Origin: Oopsacas minuta
Lineage: Eukaryota; Animalia; Porifera
NCBI GenBank assembly: GCA_024704765.1
Contig: JAKMXF010000336.1
Span: 133,433 to 197,432 of the forward strand
Direction of reading: 5' to 3'
Length of the DNA stretch: 64,000 bases
Shown: piece after piece, positions 36,126 to 47,344 of the stretch
Layout of the letters: every line of letters starts with the position of its first letter
Numbering within the stretch: the first letter of the stretch is position 1
Notes under the pieces: generated by a model
Told to the model about the DNA's origin: nothing
Databases searched by the model: none
The model's input: only the letters and a program-made list of their open reading frames with translations
Position numbers and translations under genes: made by a program

Positions 36126-36361
36126 CAGTAAACTGGGGCTACTTTGGCCCACTGGGTTTGCTTTAGCCCAAATATTGAAATTTTCTTACGTATCGAATAG
36201 ATATTGTATTTGTATTCGAAATTGTCTATCGATATTTGAAAATTCGTTAAAAACTTGGCAAGTCATTTTCAAGTATAACACTGAATCAAATCTAATTTCT
36301 TTGAAACTTTGATATTTGGGCTAAAGCAAACCCAGTGGGCCAAAGTAGCCCCAGTTTACAG
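36126..36361. mobile_element. Tc1/mariner-type MITE, ~45 bp TIRs, TA flanks
   Basis: TA|CAGTAAACTGGGGCTACTTTGGCCCACTGGGTTTGCTTTAGCCCAAATAT...ATATTTGGGCTAAAGCAAACCCAGTGGGCCAAAGTAGCCCCAGTTTACAG|TA. Confidence 0.9.
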
Positions 36362-36712
36362 TATTAAATAAGGTGGTTTTTACAGTCAACTTTACTAATT
36401 TAGTGCAAATATGTTATATTTCATATGTTAATGTAGACAAGTCTAGAAAACTAGGACATCAAAAGACGCCGATTATACCACATAAGAGGCGGAAATTTAG
36501 TGGAAGGGGCAGTGTGGAGCGTTGCCTTACTTTAATACTTAGGAGTATATCCCTGAAGATACAATATGGAATAAGAAAAGATATTACATAATAAAATAAG
36601 CGCATGTTATTATTTGAAATATTCTATCGTAAAGATACAAAATATTATGTAAAAGGATAAATAGTTCATTTCTAACTTATTATTCGTAAAGTGATGATGA
36701 CGTCATTCGTGA

Positions 36713-37018
36713 TTAGCAACCATAGCAACAGCACATCAATATCCATACAAATATCCACCATGGACAGAAACAAGTGATGATACAGTGAAGCAGGTGGTTA
36801 GGCCTGTTATCTGTATATGTTACATGTTTAACTTCTACGTGTGGTGGGCTAGCTGGAGCTGGTGTTGGTGCATTCTGTTGGATAACAACTACCTGAGGAT
36901 TAGGTGCATACATTGGTTGTGTTTGTACAGGTGCGTACATCGCTGGTTGTCCAGGTGGAGCATACATATTTGGTTGTGCAGGTGACGGTATCTGTTGGTT
37001 ATATTGAATTTGCTGCAT
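36713..37018 (-). CDS. Pro/Gln-rich small protein with Cys-rich C-terminal membrane segment (CYSTM-like), copy 1
   Basis: QP/YAP repeats then DNRPNHLLHCIITCFCPWWIFVWILMCCCYGC*. Confidence 0.8.
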   Translation of the reverse strand: MQQIQYNQQIPSPAQPNMYAPPGQPAMYAPVQTQPMYAPNPQVVVIQQNAPTPAPASPPHVEVKHVTYTDNRPNHLLHCIITCFCPWWIFVWILMCCCYGC

Positions 37019-37998
37019 TTCCCGCTTGTTGGCTAGAGGTAGTTAATTAGGCTATTTAAAGTTATATACTTGTCTCACATTTTACTAGTTGTATAGTTGA
37101 AAATTCAATATTTTTAATGCCCAGAGAGAATGTGGTGAGATAATCGAAGGGTGAAAATATTTATTATATTAACTGGCCTATAACGAACGCCATGACAGTT
37201 TCCGAAGAAATTCCGGATTTTGAGAAACAAGTAATTAATTTTACATGGCATAACAAATGACAATCTCTAAATTATAACAAATGCATGCACCTTCAGTAAA
37301 AACGAAATTCGCTATCCATGGTTAAATAACAAATATTCATAAAGGGGATCATTTTCGTCAAAACAAAGTAACTAGATAAATCCCTGGTCAACTGTATACA
37401 ATCAATTCCCGTGTATACAATCAACCATCAACTACATGTTGGACATGGCTATATACGTGTAAAATACCCGCTTATATCGAAGTGTGGAATTGTACAAATA
37501 TGGCCACAAACCGTCAAAGTAACATAATTTTCATCGGTTCTATCGAACTCCGCTTATATCGATTTAACTCTCGAGGTACCTTGAGCTTCGATATCACGGT
37601 AGTAGCCGAGAAAATTGGTCCTTTTTTAACCAAGGATAGTAGATGTCGTTTATCTGCTTGGCTTTTGTTCAAGGTCCTTTTGAGTCACTCGCTCGCTTTG
37701 TTGGATTGTGTATTCCCCCTGGATTAGTGACAATGCATGCTTGGCTGTTGTTCTAGGATGTTTTGATGTGGGATCGGAGAGATAATTTCACTATAACTTA
37801 GAAAACCCGAAATTCGCCATCCATGGTTAAAAACCATAACCAAAGAGGTGACAATTCAAGAGGATACTCTATGGAATAAGAAATTATAGTACATACTAAG
37901 TGTATGTTATCATTCGAAATATTTCATCCTAAAGATACAAAAATTATTAGTTCATTTCTAAATTATTATTAGTAAAGTGATAATGACGTCATTCGTGA

Positions 37999-38253
37999 TT
38001 AGCAACCATAGCAACAGCACATCAATAGCCATACAAATATCCATAATGGAAAGAATATAGAGATGATAAAGTGAAGCAGGTGGTTTGGTCTGTTATCTGT
38101 ATATGTTACACGTGTAATCTTTACGTGTGGTAGCCTAGCTGTAGCTGGAGCTGGAGCTGGTGCATTCTGTTGGATAACAACTACCTGAGGATTAGGTGCA
38201 TATATGGGTTGTACAGGTGGTGGTACCAGTTGGGTATATTGATATTGCTGCAT
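37999..38253 (-). CDS. CYSTM-like small membrane protein, copy 2
   Basis: DNRPNHLLHFIISIFFPLWIFVWLLMCCCYGC*; shares flanks with copy 1. Confidence 0.8.
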   Translation of the reverse strand: MQQYQYTQLVPPPVQPIYAPNPQVVVIQQNAPAPAPATARLPHVKITRVTYTDNRPNHLLHFIISIFFPLWIFVWLLMCCCYGC

Positions 38254-38743
38254 TTCCCGCTTGTTGGCTAAAGGTAGTTAAACAAAATATTAGGAGCCGT
38301 GCTAACCTTATGTAACGCAAATCCTGGAATTTTGACACGTTATTATATAGAAAGTTCCTAAAGTTCATGCCAAGAGTGTGTGAAAAGTTCTTAGAAAGTT
38401 CCTAACACTTTACTATGTTATTACCTCTGTTCATAATCTGGTCCCATTTCTTGAAAAGTACAGGGAATACAGTGTTAACACTTCTTCTTTTCTATAAAAG
38501 GGACCAGATTAACACTGCAACCCTATATCTAGAATTGTTACGTAACTATTGAATTACCCCTATCTATCCTTAAATTGCTGTTGTCAGCACTGTAGCCACA
38601 GCTTGAATAATAACCAAATAGGAAAATTATAGAAAAATCAACAACAAAGAATAAATATCAAATATTTCGTTCCTAAAGATGCAAAATACGAAGTAGAAAA
38701 TACATAGTCAATCCTTATGAGCATGTGACACCATTCATCCCTC

Positions 38744-39052
38744 TTAACAACCATAACAACAGCAAATACACAGCCATATTAGTATCCACCATGGACAGAA
38801 GAGAGTGATGATACAGTGTAGCAGATGGTTAGGTCTGTTATCTTCTATATAGGTTACATTGCTCACTTGTACAGGGGGCCTCCTAGCTGGAGGAGCCTGG
38901 TGAATAATGACTTGAGGATTAGGTGGATAGGCCGGCTGGGGAGGGGGCGCATACGTCATCGGTTGGGGAGGAGGTCCATTATTAGGATCGGTGTCAGAGT
39001 AGACTGGTGGATTAGCAGGCAGCTGCTGATATTCATACTTGTATCCCTGCAT
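38744..39052 (-). CDS. CYSTM-like small membrane protein, copy 3
   Basis: DNRPNHLLHCIITLFCPWWILIWLCICCCYGC*; more diverged N-terminus. Confidence 0.8.
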   Translation of the reverse strand: MQGYKYEYQQLPANPPVYSDTDPNNGPPPQPMTYAPPPQPAYPPNPQVIIHQAPPARRPPVQVSNVTYIEDNRPNHLLHCIITLFCPWWILIWLCICCCYGC

Positions 39053-39236
39053 TTATCACTTGTTGGCTAAAATATAGTTTGTCAAAAATAAAATAATTAA
39101 GAGTCGAATTATAAATAAATACGTACAGTGAAACCTCAACAAAACGGGGCCTGGGAAACAGAGTGAAAGTGAATTCATATGATCATACAAATGAACCTAC
39201 GCAATCGGGGAAGTTGGCAGGATCGGGAACTCTAGG

Positions 39237-39383
39237 CTAGGGCGTAACTAACATTGAGCCAGAGGAGCCAATTGCCTCCTCGCTTTTTCGGGCGTTGCCT
39301 CATCTCCCTTTTGTAATCGTCATTATATTGAGGCAAATATCCATCCTTGCCTCCTCGCTCTTAGATCTCTAGTTACGCCCCAG
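39237..39383. mobile_element. Short MITE with GGGCGTAACTA termini
   Basis: CTAGGGCGTAACTA...TAGTTACGCCCCAG, apparently nested in a larger TACAGTGAAACCTC-type element. Confidence 0.6.
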
Positions 39384-40307
39384 CGAGGTAGCATTTTTCG
39401 GAGTTCCTGGCACCTCGTTAGTGGAGATTACAATGTACAGTAAAACCATTAGGAAGTGAAGACCCTGGGGACTAGCCTAAACGTTCACAGATGAGAAGTG
39501 TTCACTTCTTATGACATATTGTGTGTCGCAATTGAAAACATTTGGGACGGAGAAAGGTGATCATCCTTTGGAAGGTGTACTGTACTAAGTAGCTCATGAA
39601 CGGAAATTTATACGTACAGAATTGTGAAAATTTAGTAGACAGGTGTTCCTGAATGCGATCCAAAGTGAAAAGTACAACAAACTTGACACTGTCTGCTGTC
39701 AATATATAAAGACTATAATTGGGGCTCCAATCTTACGAACTGAGAAACAATGTCCTAGAACTGGGTTTCTCAACCTCAGGTTATATGTTAGGCCACTGTT
39801 TGTTGGAAACATATTTCAGCTCCACCGCCCGCATCTGATTTGGCTACTGCATTAATATCGTCATTATTTCACCATTTACTTAATGTATTCAACTACAAGT
39901 TGTATAAACTGGCTAGAGTACATTAGAAGTATCTTTTTCATAGTCTAGCTATTGCCATATCAAATTTGACTTGAGTAATTATAATATTTTCTATGAATGA
40001 AGTCAATGAACCAATTTTCCAGCTAATACCTCACAAAATAATAAGATAATGATAATAAAACCGACCAACCGCCCGCCCGCATGCATGTTCAGGTGGATTT
40101 AATGTGAAGCTGAAATAAGTTTCTCATTAATCATAAACGGTGTGGGGCTGTACGAGCGAATCTGGAACTGCCAGAAAAAGCAATAACGCACTGAGATCTT
40201 GCCTAATACTAAAGTATAGTCAGCACAGCAAACAGTTAGGGAAGCTGGGTTATCATGTGCATCAATAGCCTGCTTTCCAATTTGTTCAATCCCATAATTA
40301 CATCATA

Positions 40308-40522
40308 TTTCTAGAATATTCTATACTTTTATCTTAATTAGAACATTCACAAGTCATCCTATTAGATCCACAATAATAATGTAACTAGCTTCTAGAATAT
40401 TCCATCACTTCTACAGAATCTAATTCAGATTGTATTTGCACTAAAGCAGCAATAATATTCATCATATTGGATTTCTGTTGAATAATTTCGAATATTCTAG
40501 AACATTTTCTTATATCTATAAG
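40308..40522 (+). promoter_or_regulatory. Clustered heat-shock elements and TATA-like box of Hsp90
   Basis: Three contiguous inverted nGAAn arrays: tTTCtaGAAtaTTCt (40308-40322), cTTCtaGAAtaTTCc (40389-40403), cGAAtaTTCtaGAAc (40489-40503); TATATCTATAA at ~40511-40521; ATG at 40593. Confidence 0.85.
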
Positions 40523-40592
40523 TTCATCATGTATTCCTTGATATCTAAATTTCATTTTACACACTCGCTACCTTTCGGCACTAATATTTACA

Positions 40593-43500
40593 ATGGCAGA
40601 AGATATGGATTCGCAATCCGAGAAGGAGACTTTCGCATTTCAAGCGGAAATAGCCCAATTGATGAGTTTGATCATCAACACGTTCTACTCGAACAAAGAA
40701 GTATTCCTTCGCGAGATGATCTCAAACAGTTCGGATGCGCTGGATAAAATTCGCTACCAGAGTTTGACTGACCCAGAAGCACTCGATACAGAGAAAGAAC
40801 TGAAGATAACGATTATTCCCGACCCCGCAAACAAGACTCTAACCATGATAGATACAGGAATTGGAATGACGAAATCAGATCTGATCAATAACTTGGGTAC
40901 AATCGCGAAATCTGGCACTAAAGCTTTCATGGAGGCTCTTCAAGTATGTTATTTCTTGTTTTATGTTTTGAATATATTTCATTGAATTTTTCGCGTAATT
41001 TCGACGTTTGCTATACCTATTTTAGTTGTGTATTTCGCCGGAATTTTACCTGTGTTTTTCCACCAATTCTTTTCGTTGTTCTAAAATTGTATTTTTGCGT
41101 TCGATTTGACCGATTTGATACTTGCCATATCTCCCAAGATTTGAATATTGCAAATTTCTGTGTCTTTTAACCCAAATATTTTTACATCGAACACGTATAT
41201 CGAAATACCCGCTTATATCCAAGTAATTATCCCGGTCCCTTGAGCTTAGCTATAATGGGAGTTGACTGTAATTGATTTTATTTCGCTTACAACGAAATTA
41301 TACTTTCCAACATTCCTTGGGATTTCACATGGTATCGAGGGAAAATTACTAAATTCAGGGAAATTTTTGGATATTTCTCGTATTTTTTCTGATAAAAATA
41401 GTGAAAATTCATATTATTTGCATATAAAATTAGAATTCAGGTCTTAACTTGAAAACCTTCAGATGCCTGAGATTCGTCAAAAATTTCACAATTCTATCGT
41501 GAGAAGTGCAATTTTTTATCAATAAGTTCAGGCATATTGCAGTGTTTGTAGACCCGAAATCGTGAGAGTTGAGAGCCCTGGAAATACCGCTTGTAGCAAA
41601 TGAATCCTGGTTCCCTAACACTTAGTTATAACGAGAGTTTTACTATACATTTACAGGCTGGAGCTGATATCAGTATGATCGGTCAATTCGGTGTTGGATT
41701 CTATTCCACATACCTGGTAGGACAGCGAGTACAAGTTATAAGTAAACATAATGATGACGATCAGTATTTATGGGAGAGCTCAGCTGGTGGAAGTTTCACC
41801 GTGGTACGTGATAATAGCGAGCCATTGGGCAGAGGTACTAAAGTGATTATACACTTTAAAGAGGATCAGACGGAATTCTTGGAGGAGAGAAGGATCAAGG
41901 AAACTGTCAAGAAACACTCTCAGTTCATTTCATACCCTATCATGCTTGTTGTGAGTTTATTATTGTAAATATGTTCATGTAATACATTTCCGTTTGGATA
42001 TAATAACTTATCTCATTTTTATGACGTCATCATTATACTAGTCGCCAATTCATAGTGGTTTATTGATGACGTAAATTTTGAAAGTGACATTGGAGTCCTC
42101 TTGAAACTGCCACGGCCATATTTTTAACCCAGAAACCTGTTTGATATGTAACTACAGTGAAACTTCGTTCATCTAACAAGGTTAATACGAATTTCAGTAT
42201 AAGAGTCATAAGACAAGGAATATTTACACCAAATCTGGTTCCTATAATTGTTATTCAATTGATATTAGCCCGGGTAAAGCGAATACATTTTTACCGTTCG
42301 TTGGTGTTCATATTACTGAAGTTCTACTGTAAGGGACAATTTTGGACAGAACAGGCTTTATCAAAATCCGCTTCCATCGAAGTAATTATCGCGCTCCCTG
42401 AGCTTCGATATGACTTGAGTTACTGTACTATCAATTTCAGGTTGAGAAAGAGAAGGATGAAGAAGTAACAGACGATGAAGCAGAAGCAGATGATGCTGAT
42501 AAGAAACCAGAAGAGCCCAAGGAGGCCAAAGAAACCAAGGAAGGAGACGAGACTGACAGTACTGAGAAGAAAGATGAGGACAAGAAGGAGGGAGATGAAG
42601 CTAAACCCGACGGAGATGGTGAAGATAATAAAGTTGATATGGATGAGATTGTTGAGGATGATGATGAAGCTAAGAAAGAGCCGAAGAAAAAGACAAAGAA
42701 AATTAAGAAAAAGTACACTGATAAAGAAGAGCTGAATAAAACTAAGCCTATTTGGACACGAAGTCCTGATGACATCACACGTGAAGAATATGGGGAATTC
42801 TACAAGACTTTGACCAATGATTGGGAAGATCATTTAGGCGTAAAACACTTTTCTATCGAGGGACAACTCGAGTTCAAGGCTTTGCTTTTCGTACCAAAAC
42901 GTGCTCCTTTCGATCTGTTTGAAAATCGTAAGATGAAGAATAATATCAAACTGTATGTCCGACGAGTTTTCATTATGGAAAACTGTGAGGAAATCATTCC
43001 TGAGTATTTGAACTTCGTTAAGGGTGTTGTTGATTCAGAGGATCTGCCTCTTAACATCAGTAGAGAGACTCTACAGCAAAACAAGATTCTTAAGGTAAAT
43101 TTCAACTTATTTATATTCGAATATAATTGACGGTAGAACTCGATTAAGACGTATACCTTCGTGAAACAAATTTATACGTACTAGTAGCCAGAGACCCTGA
43201 AAAATGCTACCCTGTTTCCCCTTTCTTCCAATTTCCCGTTTGTCTAGGTTCATGAGTATGGACGACTAGGAATTCGCTCCTTTAATTTTTCACTCCATTA
43301 CCAGAGGTTTCCCTTTTCCTCGGGTCCAATTAATTGAGGTTACCAAGTCTACGTACTATCCCAATAGATATTGTATTATAGAAAGGGAACGAATTTGTTG
43401 ATTTGAAAGGAAGAATTACAAATTAACGGATTTGTACCTTTGTCATAAATTATCCGAGTTAACCGTAATTGGCCATTAGCACAACAGCCATAACTTGCTT

Positions 43501-45422
43501 CAATTCATCCAAGCTGCTTGCATCTTGTTAATTCTTAAAACCTATAATATACATTATTTATCCTCAATTTGTCGGTTCCCTACGTCAGTGTTTCACAACT
43601 TGTGGTCCACAGCTTGTGATCTAATTCCACATGACCATGATATACAGTGTAGTTACAGGCCCAATAAAGGTCAGAAACTGGCTTTTGGTCAATTGTAATA
43701 TACGAGATGTCTTGCCTTTATTTATTGTTATATTTCACTATAGATGATAAGGAAGAATTTGGTCAAAAAGTGTGTCGAACTATTCCAGACTATTTCAGAG
43801 AATGCAGAGGACTACAAGAAGTTCTACGAACAATTCAGTAAGAATTTGAAACTTGGCATACACGAGGATAGTCAGAACAGGAAGAAGATAGCTGATCTCT
43901 TGAGATATCACAGCTCATCATCTGGTGAGGATATGACTTCATTCAAGGATTATGTGTCTAGGATGAAGGTTAGTCTGTTTTCTTGAATTCAATTGTATAT
44001 TACTCTGGAATATTTCCGATTTTGTGTTGATTTTGGTGTGAGAAATTCTTTATACTAATGATAATTTCTATAAATCTATTTCTCTATATGTATTCTGGAA
44101 CTGTATTCAATTCTCTTCAATAATATAGGACAATCAGAAACATATATACTACATTACAGGCGAATCACTTGAGCATGTACGAAACATAGCCTTTGTAGAA
44201 CGCGTGAAAAAGCGCGGATATGAAGTACTATACATGATAGAGCCTATTGATGAATACGCCGTACAGCAATTGAAAGATTACGAAGGGAAGACCCTAACCT
44301 CCGTCACAAAGGAAGGCCTCGAACTCCCTGAGGACGAAGACGAGAAGAAAAAACTCGAGGAAGACAAAGCTAATTACGAAGAGCTCTGTAAGGCAATGAA
44401 AGACGTGCTAGACAAGAAAGTTGAGAAAGTGCTTGTATCAAATCGTCTCGTAGATTCTCCCTGTTGTATTGTAACAGCTCAACACGGATGGACTGCGAAT
44501 ATGGAGCGTATAATGAAGGCTCAGGCACTGAGAGATACTTCTACTATGGGATATATGGCTGCTAAGAAACATTTTGAAATCAATCCTGATCACCCAATTA
44601 TTAAGCAGGTGAGTTACTATATTCAATTCATATTCTCGCGTGAAAACCTACCTTATTGTGTTAGAAATCTGTCCAGATTCTAACATGAAAATATTCGGGG
44701 AAGTCAGAAATTTCGTTACAGGGCATTCCCGCTAATCCATAGTAAATCCCACTCTAACTACTCGAGGAGTCTCCATGGACGTAGTCTTGGGGTCGCTCCC
44801 CCAAATACTCAAAATGAAATGTCGGTATCCGATTTACATTTTCTGAATTATTTGACTGATATGTCCACTTCCCAGAGATTGATTAAGTATTATTTACAAG
44901 TAGTATTTACTTATTTCGTTCCATGAGCTTGTCTGTTGTAGAGGTGTTGTTCGCTTTTCGGAGTGTCCGTTTTTGGGAGACTCCTCTGTGGTCACTATAT
45001 TTTCAAATTTCCCACTGGATAAACGTGAAATCCCGACATATTCCAGGGTTGCCGGTTGGCAAGTATGGAATTGGTCCATATCCATCCTCTACATGTAAAT
45101 TGTTACCATAACCTATAATTGTATGACTTATATCTGATATTATATTATTCTACAGTTGAAAACAAAGACAGACGAAGATAAGAACGACAAATCCGTTAAA
45201 GATTTAATCTTCCTTCTATACGAAACATCTTTAATGTCATCTGGATTTACACTAGAGGATCCTAGTACACACGCAAGACGTATCTACCATATGATAAAAC
45301 TAGGCCTAGGTGTAGATGATGATGATGAACCTATTGGACAGACAGCTGGTGCCGCCGACGCTATGCCCACTCTTGAAGGGGAAGAGAAGGCTGACGTGAC
45401 TCGGATGGAGGATGTTGATTAG
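40593..45422 (+). CDS. HSP90: Cytosolic heat shock protein 90 (~756 aa), 6 exons
   Basis: Exons 40593-40943, 41657-41950, 42441-43094, 43744-43968, 44129-44608, 45156-45422, all GT-AG phase 0; signatures [65 protein letters not shown]; C-terminus MEDVD. Confidence 0.97.
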
Positions 45423-47344
45423 ATCTATTGACGTTATAGTTTAGATAGCTTGTTCTTCCTTATTCTTTAGTGATTCTATTTTGTAGTCTATAATTGTTCC
45501 CATTTGATTTTGTTATGGCGTTATTTGTTATCAAAAGTTTATATACACAGATGTCTCTAATTTTCTACTCAAATCAGTGTTCTCTCTAACTTTCTGAGGG
45601 CAGGACTTATGACTAGGGTTTCGGGGGTACAACGACTATTCCGAGGGAATACTGACTGAGATTAGTGGGATTCTAACTGGGCCATGCGAGCAATGCCAAA
45701 CGACAGAGATCTTGGAGCTAGCAAGGTTTTCCAAATATCGATATCGTTAAAAATATAGATTAAGATAAATTTCGTAAAATAGTTTTTGCACCTTAAATAT
45801 ATCAGTGAATACTACATCAATGCTGATAGATTATATACACTGACTACAATGTTATACTTTCAAAAGATAGCAAACGCAACGGAAACACAGTAACTGTATA
45901 TTTCCTCATCTAGTCGCAAAGAATTTGACCTCGCTAATCCCAACAGAGTCTAATGGTTAGACAATCTTTGGAGGAGGTACATGAAATCTTACATAAGGCA
46001 GAATTCGATCCAATTCTAATTCGGGCAAAATATGTCCTCCTGGTTCCTGTAGTATTGCTGCAATGCATTTCATTAAATGGCCACTTTCTCAAAAGCCTGT
46101 ACCTCAAAGAAATTTGAATATTCCAACCCTAAGGTTGTTTGTTGACAATATACATTTGTAAGAAATTTCCAGTTTATCATAGCGATAATTCCGTCTTGTT
46201 TCGAAATTTTGCACAGAATTTCACATCGTACCAGAAACTATATAAATCCAACTATGTATTAGTTTCTGTGATAATTACCAAACTAGATACACCTAGAACT
46301 GGGATCGATACTCCTTGGGTAGCGATTCCCAAAATTTTTCACCCATGGACTCCCTATACCAATTTATACCCATTATGTAGAGCCTAGACCCCTCCCATAG
46401 ATTACAATACAAATTTTGAGGTCATGTGGACCCCTTGTTGTCGTTGGGATCATCAAGGGGTCTCGCTTTTATGGATATATGTCGAAGGTCAATGAGGCTA
46501 GTGTCACGCCAAAACTTCCAAAACCCTTAATTGCCCAGTTTTTTGTAGTCCAGTCTAATCCAAATATGCTACGTCCCGCGATGTCCCGAAAAATTTGTGT
46601 CATCCATCCAGTTTTTTTCTTCACTCAGATTGGCAAGTATGAATACACAGCTGTCTATAGATAATCACTCATTATATTCTATATTTATGCTAAAATATTC
46701 TCACAAATAATGTCCTTTCTGAGAATTATTTTGGAAACGAAGACACTGAGAACATCTCAAGGGACATTGGGGGTAAGGATTTCTGCCTCATCCAATCATA
46801 TGCTTACTGTTCTAACCCAATTAGTGTATAGAAATTGGTGGCTTCTAAATTCTTGAGTTGAATATATTCTTATATGGTATTATCAACGTGTTCATGTTTA
46901 GCTTCCCAGAGAAATCGAGATTTAAGAATATACATCATATTTACAGAAATATTCACGTCCCACAGGCGCCGAACCAGTGGAGGCTCGAATCCCCCCTCGA
47001 TTAATTGCAGCCCCATAGAGCTAATACAAACAATATGTGTGAACCATCTGGATAGTGCGACTCTGATAAGTACAGATATGAGAAGAATTAATTTGTATAA
47101 TTTGCAGAACATTGTGGCTAGATAAACACATCATGTGATGCTATTAGAAATACAATGAAATAGGATATTGTATTGAATTATATCTCATCATTATATATGC
47201 AACAAGTTATGTGAATTGATAAAACTGAAGATGTAATGGTAATTGTATTACATTAATATTCAAAAAGATTTTATCGATCTCAGTTCTTAATACATCTTTG
47301 CTGAAGTAAGAGGTAAATACTATTTGTAATTATTCGTATTCATT

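Noticed and set aside
42420-42833. Antisense and shifted-frame ORFs over the Hsp90 linker
   Set aside because: By-products of the purine-rich low-complexity coding strand.
46960-47010. tRNA or tRNA-derived SINE (GGCTCGAATCCC, repeated at ~50628 and ~54313)
   Set aside because: Only a B-box-like match with a mismatch; no cloverleaf or properly spaced A box; recurrence is explained by the tandem duplication.
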